A stretch of 64,000 nucleotides of DNA from the human T2T-CHM13v2.0 reference genome, Homo sapiens. The stretch is taken from the NCBI RefSeq assembly GCF_009914755.1, contig NC_060929.1, one strand, 5' to 3'. Position numbers and translations under genes: made by a program. The notes below the pieces were generated by a model that was not told the origin of the DNA, did no database searches, and saw only the letters and a list, made by a program, of their open reading frames with translations. Positions 13,597 to 27,552 of this stretch are shown here, one piece after another; position 1 is the first letter of the stretch, and every line of letters starts with the position of its first letter.

Positions 13597-13676
13597 AATG
13601 GCACAACTGGTTGGATGAATTGTTACTATTATTGCTTGAATGGCACAACTGGTTGGATGAATTGTTACTATTATTG
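13597..13676. repeat. Tandem duplication, 38 bp identical, period 42
   Basis: aatggcacaactggttggatgaattgttactattattg at 13597-13634 and 13639-13676, separated by cttg. Confidence 0.95.
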
Positions 13677-13929
13677 TACCTATTCTAATAGGTACAATTG
13701 TTAAGGTAAAGGAAAAAACCATATTTGCAACTAGAACCAAATCAACTACTGCTAGAAAATTTAAAATCTTCCTTCAATATCAAGGTAGAAAAAGCTTAGC
13801 ATCTTCATTTTGCTACTAACATTCTGACCTTGGACAAATAACTTTACCTGTTCCTCAGCTAAAATGAGGATGTAAATCCTAACCTGTCTATCTTAATAGG
13901 ATGTTGTAAGAATTAACTGAAATAATGTA

Positions 13930-14200
13930 CAGTCTGCCTCACAATCATCTGGACGGCTTGAGAAAGCACAGATTGCCAGATCCCACCCCCAGAGGTTCTA
14001 ATTCAGTAGGTCTGGGGTTGGACCCAAGAATTTATATTCTTTTTTATTATGATGATGATTATTATACTTTAAGTTTTAGGGTACATGTGCACAATGTGCA
14101 GGTTAGTTACATATGTATACAATGAATTTATATTCTTAACAAGCTCTCAAGTGATGCTGATATAGCTGGTCTGGGGATCACAGTTAAGAAAACCACTGCT
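13930..14200. mobile_element. MER5A-like MITE interrupted by an L1PA tail
   Basis: cagattgccagatcccacccccagaggttctaattcagtaggtctgggg...aacaagctctcaagtgatgctgat...aaaccactg. Confidence 0.8.
14042..14121 (-). mobile_element. Extremely 5'-truncated young L1PA (about 80 bp) with 14-bp TSD
   Basis: ttattatactttaagttttagggtacatgtgcacaatgtgcaggttagttacatatgtataca; gaatttatattctt at 14028-14041 and 14124-14137. Confidence 0.92.
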
Positions 14201-15246
14201 TTAGGTCAATGCAGTTTTTTTTAAAAGCTATTATTCATAACTGGCTCAAGAGTCATGTAAGTGTTGATTATGTTTTATTATGTGTCTAGAACCTTAATAG
14301 ACTACTCAGGGAATGCACAAATAGAAGATGTAATATTTTCTGTAGCATTCCCTACACCAAATCGGCCTTGCTCGGTCATGCATAGTTAATGTATGTGTTG
14401 ATTTTATTTGTCTTCATGTGGCTTCTAGTCTCACTAGAAAGACATACATTTATTTGAATGTTGTAGAATGATATTATTCATTGGAATAAAATCGGATCTT
14501 TTTACAGTTTTTTTTTTGTTTGTTTCTTAATGAGCAGGCCTATGATTCCTAAAGGACTTTTTATTTTATTTCATTTGAACCTTTGATAGAAACTGCATCT
14601 TTCATGTGACCACTCTCCATTTTTCTGCTCATATGACCACATTTCCCAGTAGTCTTTAAAGGCTCCAGTTTGGATGGGATTTCGATTAATGGAAGAGAAC
14701 AGATAGCTGTGTAAATAGAGCCAGATGTCTCTTGCAATATCTGAAATGAACTGTCTCAACCATCAGAACTGTAAATCACCTTCAGAAGGCTCCTTCTCCC
14801 AGGAGTAGTCTTTGCATTATTCATAACCCTTTTGCTGTAGTACATTCTTGTCTCATGAAGATTACAGCCAATCACTATGCTTTCATAGCCCATCCTCCTC
14901 CCTGAACCCCTGCTTTCATGCTGTGTCATAGCCTTGGCACTCTGTTCTTTGAACTTCTTTGAGGAGTAGTGTTTTCCAGGACCTAGCTTCAGTTATGCCA
15001 AGAGTGTTTCCTTTCTGTGATCATGATACATTGTAAAGTATGTGGTTCCTTTTTCAAAGGGAAAATACTATAGTCACCCTAATTCCTTCAAGAAAGAAGG
15101 CAGAGAAAGCCCCCCCTCATCCTCTCCGAAGCAGTCACATGCTCTATTCAGAATGAATCATCACTTTGGAATTGTCTGCCAGTGTTTTGTGGGGTGAGGC
15201 TCAGACTCTTTCTATGGGTAGATCTGTAGGCCTGTTTTCTCTGCAC

Positions 15247-15480
15247 CAGAGGTCCCAAACTGGTGTTCTATGGATTGCATCCAGTGATTTTATGTGTAGC
15301 ATAACTTTTTAAGAGGAAGAGAGAAGAAAATTGACTTTGCGATCAACATTACAAAAAAACATCATGAGACTTTGAATAGAAATTTGGATTTTCAGCAAAA
15401 AAAAAGAAAAAAAAAGAAGAAGCTTTGGCAGTACTGGACTCCCATCTTTAAGGGTAACAGCCGAATGTTGGCCACGTCCT
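15247..15480 (+). mobile_element. MER102-like hAT-Charlie relic
   Basis: cagaggtcccaaactgg start; aatttggattttcagc...ttggcagtactgg resembles the MER102 interior. Confidence 0.5.
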
Positions 15481-15645
15481 GTAAGAACCCACACTCTCCA
15501 GTTTGCTGCTGTCCATACCAGCTTGTGTGACTCCTTTACATTACCTGCTTGACTCCTAAAGGTATTTCAATTAGTGGCCTGTTTTTGCTCTTTTTGGCAA
15601 GTTCACAGACTTACAGAGTTTGGAAGCTAAAGGAGTCCCTGAGAA

Positions 15646-15962
15646 CAAGGATTTTCTAATGTTACTTCACATCAAAATCACCTATACCCTATAACCAGGC
15701 TGCATCCAGTACCAATTAAATAAGAATCTCTGGGGAGGACCAAGCTGTCAGGATTTTTTTTTTTAATTCCCCAGATGATTCCAGTATACAGATCAGTTCA
15801 TCTAAGAACCAGTACCTTAGAAGAATACTACTCAGAATTTATTGTGCATACAAATCACCTGGAGATTTGTTAAAATGCAGATTCTGTGGGGGCAGGGTCT
15901 AAGGTTTAGCATTTCTTACAAGCCAATGCTTCTGGTCCCCCAATCATATTTTGCATAGCAAA
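15646..15962. mobile_element. Two adjacent MER5-family MITE relics
   Basis: catcaaaatcacct...attaaataagaatctctgggg...ccccagatgattcc; then gcatacaaatcacctggagatttgttaaaatgcagattctg. Confidence 0.65.
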
Positions 15963-16089
15963 GCCTAAGAGATCTTCTAGTCTGTCCTTTTTCATAAGTT
16001 CAAAGAGATGTCAAAATGAAGCTTTCCTTGTTAAGTATCTAAGCTTAGGATGAATTATTTATTTATTTCTCCAGCTTTTCTTTTCCAAA

Positions 16090-16220
16090 CAACCTTTTTC
16101 TGTAGAAACAGGGTCTTGCTATGTTGCCCTGGCTGGTCTCAAACTCTTGGCCTCAAGCAATACTCCCACCTTAGCCTCCCAAAGTGCCAGGATTACAGGC
16201 ATGAGTCACTGCATCTAGCC
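16090..16220 (-). mobile_element. Alu monomer (FLAM_C/AluJ left arm)
   Basis: gtagaaacagggtcttgctatgttgccctggctggtctcaaactcttggcctcaagcaat...cccaaagtgccaggattacaggcatgag. Confidence 0.85.
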
Positions 16221-16410
16221 AGAGTTTGCTTTTAAAAGCATAAATGACAGTGGTGTCAAGGATATTCCTGTGGAAAGTAGTTTTTCCTCTTATTTACTTA
16301 CATTCCAACATTCCTTCTTAACTAAAAGAGAAAGAAGTGGGTCTTCAGCCAAAAGAACATTATTTCACCCTGGTGATGCTCATGGGATTCCCATTTTATG
16401 ATGGTAGATG

Positions 16411-17108
16411 TGTTACTGGTGGTGAATCCATACAGGTCTGCAGCAACCTCAATTCTTGCCTCCTCAAAAGAAAGAATTCGAATGAGAGGCATAAGACAGA
16501 GTGAAAGACTGAGGCAGGTTTCAGAGCAGGAGTGAATGTTTATTAAAAAGCTTTAGAACAGGAATGAAAGAAAGTAAAGTACACTTGGAAGAGGGTTAAT
16601 GGGGAGACTTGAGAGACCAAGTGCATGGTTTGACCTCTGACTTGGGGTTTTATGTGCTGGTGTGCTTCGGGGGTCTTACATTACTTCTCCACTGATTCTT
16701 CCATTGGGATGGACTGTCCATATGCACAGTGGCCTGTTAGTGCTTGTGAGGAGCCGCATGCACAGTGTGTTTACTGAAGTTGTATCCATGCTCACGTGAG
16801 GCATTCTTCCCTTACCAGTGTTCGTAGAACCATATGCCAGTTAAACTCCACCATTTTGCCTCTTAGTGTGCATGCTTGAGCTCATTCACCCAGTTTCTGA
16901 GATATTGGGAAAATGCGATCACCAGTTTCAGGTTTTTCTATCCATTGGGAAACTGCCTTTCCCTGGCACTGGCTGCAACCAATTATTATTTTAGAGAGAC
17001 AGTTTAAAAATCGCCTATCATCTGATGGTTGCCTGACATTTCTTGTGGTGGCAGCGGGGGGGACCCTCTCCTGTCCTGCTCGTGTCTGACTAGCTACCTA
17101 CTGTAATA
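16411..17108 (-). mobile_element. Solo ERV1 LTR (MER50-like)
   Basis: Begins tgttactggtggtgaatccatacaggtctgcagcaacctcaattcttgcc and ends gactagctacctactgtaata; flanks gatg/aatg are TSD-like. Confidence 0.8.
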
Positions 17109-17608
17109 AATGGGGTGCAGATTAGAAAACAGGTCCTTACCCTCCCCCTTCCCCACCCAGTTATTGCTCAAGATCACATAATTATGAAATAGAAGAGCTG
17201 ATACATAGAGAAAAATAGTTCCAGTTGTCTTTATAAGTGGTTCAAAACTCTGTGAGCTTCTTTGATGGGTTGAGTTGTAAGTTATGTGGCAGCCTCTCCT
17301 TTCAGGTGAGAATGAAGCAGTCAGCCAGGTCTAATTGCCTAGTTATATGAGTGTACTGAGTAGGTAACTCTCTCAATAGTTTAATTTGAGGTCTGCAATT
17401 GGAGAGTTGATGCTGAAACATTTCTCAGGACCAGAAATTTCCTTTCAGGCTAGCCACTTCTCTGAGCTGAAAATGCTGTCATGGTGAATTCATTCTTCTA
17501 GATCCATGTTTTTTAAGTATATTATCAAAGGTCTATGTGTATCGGAATCCCTTGAGACTCTAGTTAATGACTGTCCAGGTCCCACTCCCAGAGATTCCGA
17601 GTCAGTAA

Positions 17609-18079
<471 letters not shown>

Positions 18080-18784
18080 TGAATCAAATACTGCAGCCTT
18101 GAAACTAGTTAAAACCAGGGTTGTGCCATACTTCTACTCAGCTCAGAAGGAGGCTCTCCATTTGAGAACACATGGGTTCCTTTTGCTACTAGGACATGCA
18201 GCTTGGAACCTCTGATTCGCAGTGATGTAGGCATTTTCTTAGCATACAGCAGCCTGGAATTTATCATAATGTACATGTCACAGGAGGATATGAAATAGAG
18301 TAAACTTTTTTTTTCTAGACTTTAGATTTTGAGGTCTCACTACAGCAGCGTTTTGCAACTTTTTAAAAAAGAACCAATAATGATCTCTTTGGATGATCAT
18401 AAAAGCCTCACACTCTGCTGTCCCATACTAGATTCTGATATACCTAACTTTGAAGGATGTCCACCATTGAGTGTCACTACATACAGGGAGCAAATTCCAT
18501 TTCATTTTTCGCGCATTCCTACCAACGAAGAGAAATTTGAGGCACATTATTTTAGGAAATTTGTACCATAAAAACAATAGGTATACATCAATGTTTTATC
18601 ATTTATAATGTTTCAACCTTAATATGTTTTTGACACTGCTCCTGCTGCACTGGAGGAATGTTGTAATAGATTGTTACATAACCACTTCTCCTGGCAGGTA
18701 TTTTCCCCCTTCCTTATTCCACTAAGACTCACTTGCAACGCAAAGACCAGAGCCTCATGGAAGAAGGCAGCTGGGCACAAGCCT

Positions 18785-18823
18785 GTTGCCATGGAAAGCT
18801 TAGGGCGGGAAGCGATTGATTGG
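18785..18823. promoter_or_regulatory. Candidate RFX X-box + GC-box + inverted CCAAT motif cluster
   Basis: gttgccatggaaag (18785-18798), gggcgg (18803-18808), tgattgg (18817-18823) in sequence with no recognised repeat; motif match only. Confidence 0.35.
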
Positions 18824-19949
18824 TCTCTGCATACAGAGACTGATCTAGAAGGCTTCAGTGTGTCTGAATGGACCTGTCTGGGCTGGAATTTCAGTCAGTC
18901 TGACAGACTGCTGAAGGAGACTCAGGTGTACACTTCAGCAACTTGATAACTCTTCCCCAGCTGAAAGTCGAATCATTTGATCCAACGAGAAAGAAGCTAA
19001 AATTGCCCTGACAGCTAAAGAGCGATCTGACCTTTGTGATCAGGAGGAGAATTTCTTGTGATACAGAAAGTGAAAGTAGAAACTGGAATGATGGTATTGA
19101 TGATGAAGGCATTTAGAGCAGCAGGCACTGCCATTCATTAAAAGATTGCACTGTGTCAGGCACATGCTTTATCCTATTGAACCATCATGCCAAACTTGGG
19201 ACACTTAGGTATCATTGTTTTTCATTTTCCATTAAGAACTTGAGGATTAAAGCTGTTAATCTATCTGTTCATGGTGAAATGAGTAGTATGTGGCCTGGGT
19301 TTGAACCTTTGTTATAGCTGCAATTTTTTCAGAGCTTTTAATTGTTGAACTACACGGTGTTTCTGGGGCTATTCTTGATCTTTGCACAGTGTGGGGGCTA
19401 AAGTTGGTCCTTTTAGGAATTCAACTATTCTCTCATTTAGTTATGGGCCAAGAAAGGAGAGGCTCAAAGATCAGTTGGTGCCTCAAAAGGTCGCTCTTCC
19501 CTGCAGCCGACTTAATATGTCTCCTAGCCCCCAGTCCAGTGCTCCAGCAAGATCCGGAAGCTAAATATTCCCTGAAGCCTTTATAATCTATTGAGAATAC
19601 ACAACAGAGTTGCTGGGAGTTTTTCCAAGGCAGTAAGTCTCATTTTTCTTATTAGTTTGGATCCCCTGAACCCTTAAGGTAGTATCTCAAATGCAGTTAA
19701 GTGTTCAACCAATATTTGTTGCAAGAATAAACATTACTAGTAAGAAATGTGATCTTGGAGACAATATTTTATGTTCTTAGTCTCTAGTTTTCCTATTTTT
19801 GAAATAAGCAGGTGTGTTCTAGATATTTCGAAAGGCCCTTCCACTTTAAAACTTATTTAACTCTAGAGCAAGGATCTCTCACCTGAAGTCTGAAGATTGG
19901 TCTATGTACTCTCTGTAACCCTACATGAAATGCTTTAAAACTTCATTTA

Positions 19950-21393
<1,444 letters not shown>

Positions 21394-21925
21394 TATTTTG
21401 GTATAATTTACATATAGTAAAATTCACTCCTTTTATACAGTTCTATGAATTTTGACAAACCTATATAGTCATTTAACCACCATTATAATCAATATATAAA
21501 ATATTTTAATTATCCCAAAAAGGTTTTTTAAGCACATTTATAGGCAATTTTCTCCCCTGCAACCCCAGCCTCTGGAACCACTGATTTGTTTTCTGTTTCT
21601 ATAATTTTTTTCTTTTCCAGAATGTCATCTACATGGAATTCTGCAGGATGTAGCCTTTGCATTCTGGCTTCTTTCACTTAGATTCATTTTGAGATCCGTT
21701 CACATTGTTGTGTGTATTAGTAGCTTGTTCCTTTTTATTGCTGAGCAAATTTTTCATTGTATGTCTGTACCATAATTTGTTTATTCATTCCCCAGCTGAT
21801 GAACATTTAGTCTGTATTCAATTTGGGGCATTTATAATGAAGCTGTTATAAATATTCATACATAGTTTTTTATGTGAACATATTGCTTAATTTCTCTTGT
21901 GTAAATATTATGGGGAGTGGGCTTA
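21394..21925 (-). mobile_element. L1M (L1MC/MD/ME-type) 3' region
   Basis: ggtataatttacatatagtaaaattcac...cagttctatgaattttgacaaa...ctggcttctttcacttag...cctttttattgctgag. Confidence 0.8.
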
Positions 21926-22689
21926 TGGAGAATTGAGAAATATACATTAATGTATCTATAATTTTTTTTCTGGGAAGATAGTACACAGCTTTTGTCGGAT
22001 TCCCAAAACGGTCCAGGGCTCACAAAAGGTTAGGCCCCACTGACCTTGCTGCTTCCTCTGGTTTGTGTTGGGTTCTTTAAGCTCTGTGGTCTGGCTTTCA
22101 AGTGGAGCATCAAACTGAGAGGCAGCCTGGCTTAGGAAAACAGGCATTGGGTTAGGATTGAAGTGCTTCCCACCTTAGTCTAGTCTTTCACTGTGTGACA
22201 TTGCCAGCCTTCTTTCCCTTTCCGGGACCTTGGAAACCCTGTCCATTGGTAACCAGTTTGATGGCTAAGCTCCATTTTTCCATCATGTTTCCTAGACAAC
22301 GCCATGCAAGCTTCTGCTCCAGCCCCTTTGGAGCTCTGATTCAGACACTAATCTCAGGCCCTCCAAGGAAGCATCATTCAGACCTTCCCTGCTTCCTGCA
22401 GAGGCACATGTAGTACAGTACGTGAGGCTTTCTATGGAGCTGCTCTCATTTTTGTTCATTAACTTCTCTCCCTGGGAGGAGGCATGCCAGGGAGGGTGTT
22501 TATCAAGATGAGGCACATGACAATAGGAGCACCAGATTTCCAGTCCCTGTTTTGTTATCAGAAGTTCGCTTTCCAGACTTGGGCAAATCACTTTAATGTC
22601 TCTTGCTTAAAACCTTGACTAGCTTTTCAATGTTTTTGGGGACAAGGACTCAAGGCCTTAGAGATCTTGTGATCTCTCTACATGTGTAA

Positions 22690-22980
22690 TAAATATATAA
22701 ACCATAATATAGCTGCTTATTATCAAGTATCATGCACTGTACATGACTGTATGTGCTATACTTTTATATGCAACTGGCAGCACAGTAGGTTTCTTTAAAC
22801 CAGCATCAACACAAACACATTAGTAATGCATTGTGTTACAACATTACCATGGCAGAGATATTACTAGACAATAGGAATTTTTCAGCTCTATTATAATCTT
22901 ATGGGACCACCATCATATAAGCAGGTCATTGTTAACCAAAACATCATTACATGGTACATGACTATATTTTGGTATAATTT
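22690..22980 (-). repeat. Local diverged duplicate of 21122-21409 (Tigger3 end plus flank)
   Basis: Colinear with 21122-21409, including the non-transposon flank tattttggtataattt. Confidence 0.85.
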
Positions 22981-23555
22981 TATACAAAAAAAAATTGCCT
23001 GACTTTTGCCTACCTACCCAGCTCCTACTTCCTTGAGTTCACTCCTTTGTGCACTCCAACCCCACTCACCTATCTGTTATCCTTCTGACACACCCTATTG
23101 CCTCCTTCCATTTGGCTTTATCCTACAAAGTTTGCTGTTTACAAAGTTTACTCTGAAATAGAGGTCATCATTTTGAAGACTAGAAAACCAAGGCACAGAG
23201 ACTTACATGCCTTGCCCAAGTTTGCATAGTTTGTAAATGGAAAAGCTGGGGAAAATCCACGGAAACTTGGCTCTGGATTCCATGCTATTGACCAACTCCT
23301 GACTTCCTGCCCTGCTAGACCTTAGTGGGTGGTCATGAAATAAAGGATGTAGGAACAGTGTGCCAAGAGTTCTGTTGGATTATTTTAGCTGAAATCTCAT
23401 AATGGCTTTTTATAGAATATTAATGACTTACAGAGCTCTTTGCTCTGGGTTATGGACTTAGGTTTCTAAATTGTCATCTCCTTCTAGATAACTTTTCAGG
23501 AACTTATCAGCACCCACACAGGACTGGATGTGCTTTTGGAAGGTACCATGGAGGC

Positions 23556-23907
23556 TGATATGGTGTGGCTATATCAAATCTCATCTTGAATTGTAGCTCC
23601 CATAACCCCCACGTGTCAAGGGAGGGACCAGGTGGGAGGTAATTAAATCATGGGTGTGTGTTTTTCCGTGCTGTCCTCGTGACAGTGAATAAGTCTCATG
23701 AGATCTGATGGTTTTATAAAGGGCAGTTCCCCTGCACATGCTTTCTTGCCTGCCACCATGTAAGAAGTGCCTTTGCTCTTCTACCATGATTGTGAGGCCT
23801 CCCTAGCTGTGTGCAACTGTGAGTCTATTTAACCTCTTTTTCTTTATAAACTACTCAGTCTTGGGTGTGCTTTTATTAGCAGCATGACAACAGACTAGTC
23901 TAATACA
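23556..23907 (+). mobile_element. THE1 (THE1C-like) MaLR solo LTR
   Basis: tgatatggtgtggct...caaatctcatcttgaattgtagctccc...ctaataca; perfect 5-bp TSD gaggc (23551-23555, 23908-23912). Confidence 0.92.
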
Positions 23908-24433
23908 GAGGCTTTGGGCATAAGCTATGGGCCTTTGGTTTTGAGGTTCTCCAATATTCAGCTGGGAAATTATGTACCACTAAGATGAGTTTTGGAGAAG
24001 CCTCCTTGAGAGTAATTAAACCAGAGCAGCAAAACAATAGACTCCTACCTGTATGGAAAGGACAGAGTCACAAGTCAAAGCTTCAGGCTGAACCTTTCTT
24101 AGCAAAGTGAGAAGGGTAGATCTGAGACAAAGGAGCAGGGATTTTTTTTAGGTTGATTCCTGTATTTATGTAACTTCTTTCTCCTCAACAGTACAGGTTT
24201 CTTCATGATACATGTCTTCAAGACAGCATTGGAGTAAAGGATTCTCAGTGGCCTTGTTTTATTCAATGGCATTTAGTAAACGTGGGGAAGGGATCAAGAG
24301 TCCACATCAGATCCTGGCCCTGGAGCAGCTTTTCTAGTCGGGGGTCATGATAGCTACAGTCTCTCTAGTATCTTCTCTGTGCCATTTAAATAAATAAATC
24401 AGAGAATTGGACTCAGAATCTGATTCTCTGATT

Positions 24434-24664
24434 CCGCTGAGTCAGTTCTTGGCCAGGGTCATGAAACTGGTAACTTGTACAGCCTGGACCCGTACTCAAG
24501 GATGTGAGACTTGGAGTGGGGGTTGAGAGGAGGACAGTTCATGACAAGCCTGACCCAACATAGTGCTGTGCCCAATTAGCTAGCTACACAGATAAGCAAA
24601 CTGAGGCTACCACTGGGTCAGTTCTTGGCAAGGGTCAGGAAGCTGTAACTTGTAGAGCCTGGAC
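24434..24664. repeat. About 55-bp diverged direct repeat (24434-24489 vs 24610-24664)
   Basis: gtcagttcttggccagggtcatgaaactggtaacttgtacagcctggac vs gtcagttcttggcaagggtcaggaagctgtaacttgtagagcctggac. Confidence 0.9.
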
Positions 24665-25541
24665 AAGTGTCTGTGATGTCAAACCCCGTCCATGTAACTG
24701 CTAGTTACTATATGGGAACTCAAGTTTATTACTTAACTGTATTAAGCTTCCATTTTCTCTAAGAAATGGGGGAAAAAAAGCTTTTACCTTGGCTTAAAGC
24801 AGTTGCAAGAATTAAAAAGTTAATTCATGTTGTTTATTTATCAGAATGCCTAGCACATTATAAGTCTCAGTATAGGAGAATTGTATTATTCTTACCATCA
24901 TCACCATCACCACCATTATTTGCCAAGAGAGAGGTATATGCAAAGTGCTATAGTGGTTCAAAGGAGGGGGCAATCGCTTCCACCAGGAAGACAGTGGAGG
25001 GTAGTGTGAGGATAAATGTAAAACCTGAAAATTTAAACTTGAACTTGAAAGGAGACTGTGTATGTGGGAATTTTGGATCAAAAGGGGATTCCAATAGAAG
25101 AAACAGCTGAGTTAAAGCAAAGCGATAGAACACTGATAACGACTATGAATGGTGAATAGAGCATTTTGGCTGATTGCTGTGTACCTAAATGGAGATGAGG
25201 GTGGAAAGATGCATTGGGGGGTAAGACTTTGAGAACCAAGTTCATTTGAGAACCAAGTTCATTTGAGAACAACTACGAATGGTGAATAGAGCATTTTGGC
25301 TGATTGCTGTGTACCTAAATGGAGGTGAGGGTGGAAAGATGCATTGGGGGATAACTATGAGAACCAAGTTAAGGGAAGTGTCATGAGCAGAGCTATGCTC
25401 CAAAAAGATTTAGCAGGCCATCTATACCCATTATGTCTGGGGTGCATATGAGGGAGTTACAGGATGTGAGACTTGGAGTGGGGGTGGAGGGAGGGCAGTT
25501 CATGACAAGCCTGACCCAACACACTGTTGTGTCCAATTAGC
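24499..25541. repeat. About 80-bp dispersed direct repeat (24499-24580 vs 25461-25541)
   Basis: aggatgtgagacttggagtgggggt...cagttcatgacaagcctgacccaaca...ccaattagc in both copies. Confidence 0.9.
25142..25370. repeat. Compound tandem duplication (period 130) with nested 17-bp repeats
   Basis: acta(t/c)gaatggtgaatagagcattttggctgattgc...gcattggggg at 25142 and 25272; tttgagaaccaagttca at 25228 and 25245, partial at 25262. Confidence 0.95.
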
Positions 25542-26052
25542 ACGACCTATTTTGGCTTTGAATGGGGAAGGAGAATCTGTGACCTCTGAGTCAGCCTTTA
25601 TGGAATGCTCAAGACTTAACAGGTCTTGCAAGATGCATTCTCTATCAGTCATAGTACTTTAATAATGGTTCCTTACTCAGCTTCATTCATTCATTGGAAA
25701 TTCATGCATGTCTTTGTAGTCCATAGGATTCTCAGAATAACCTTGTGACTAGACGAGAGAAATATTGACTGTGCGATTACTGAAGGCAAAGACTGTTTGT
25801 GATGCTTGATTACTTGATTTTTGCATATCCAACAAGTGAATGAGTGAGTAAGTGAGTGAGTGAGTGAATGATTGAATCTCCACTTGACTCCTGAGGCAAC
25901 TGAGATGAGGAGATATTAAAATATCTCAAGGTGTCATTATTGGACACACATATGACTAGGACTTTTGTTACTTTCATACTTCTCCATTTACAATTTCTTA
26001 AAAGAGTACTTTCCAAAGTATATACAATTTAATGATTTGAAATCCTGCTTGC

Positions 26053-26376
<324 letters not shown>

Positions 26377-27552
26377 CTAAAAGTGGAGCTTTGCCTTTTC
26401 CCTTTTAAGTCAGTCACTGAGACAGTATTTGGTTTTGTGCCCTCTGAGAGTTATTTTCCAGCCCACGAGCCCCACGTTCTGATTCTGATGTGAGATAATG
26501 GAGCTTAGCCCTCAGAGATATGGAAGACACCAATTGTTTCGTTCTCTAAGTGTTCAGAAACAACTGTTCTTTTCTTTTCTTCCTTTTTTACTTCCCCTTA
26601 CAAGACTTTCTTTTCTTTGCCTCAAAGAGGGTAAAGGATGGAAGATAGAAGGAGGAACTCAGGTTAGTCTATGGCTCAGAGGCCTTGAATAGTTTGGGAA
26701 AAAAATTAAACAACATGAAACTATAACTTCTCATTGTTCTCTGCTGCTTCCACCTCCCACTGACAGTGTATGCTTTCCATCAAATATGTGTAATATTGGT
26801 TGTGGAGCAGATCAAAAACATCTATTTTCTCTGGAATGTACAGTCAGTCAATCTTGAAGAAGGAGCATCGTATCAAAGAGGTCTGTTGTCAAATACCTAC
26901 TTCCCCCTTTCTGTCCTTTCTCTTCCCCTTCAAGGGAAACAAATGTCTGGGTTGCAGAAAGGCCCTTTCATCTCAAATTGTTCTCTTTTCATTAGTGTCT
27001 TGGTTTGGGCAGGGGGTATGGAGGCAGTCTACTATGAGTAGTATTGTTGAGGACATGAAATGTTAAATAATAAGATTTTACATTTGTAAAGTGCCATGTT
27101 CCTTGCTTTTACAGACAGAAACTTAGGCTGCTGGGTTTTGAACAATTAAGTTGAGGAGCTATTTGGGATATGTTGTATAAATCATAACCGCTTGTTGAAG
27201 GGTGTGCTGAAATCAAGGTGTGACCTCTGCACAATTCAGGGACCTCCTCTTGGGCAAGTCTAGAGTCCCAGCCTTGCCAATGCTTCAGAAATGATTAGAT
27301 TCAAGGTGCCAACATCAGGCCAACTGAACCCTTGAGAGATTGCCCTATAAACTGTTATTGGAGCAGCATCTGTTTGCCAGGGTAAATATTCAGTCATATG
27401 GACTGGGCCCTGGAGTCTTCAGATGGTGCAGCCCTTCCCAGAGGGAAGACTTCATGGGGGTCCAAATGCTGGTAAGAAGTTTTTGTTTGTCTGTGTCTGC
27501 CATCACAGCACAGAGATTAAGAACCTGGTATTTGGAATCAGACAGATTTTTG

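Noticed and set aside
25228-25370. CRISPR-like repeat/spacer reading of the gagaaccaagtt repeats
   Set aside because: Primate DNA; the repeats are directly tandem without unique spacers and there are no cas genes
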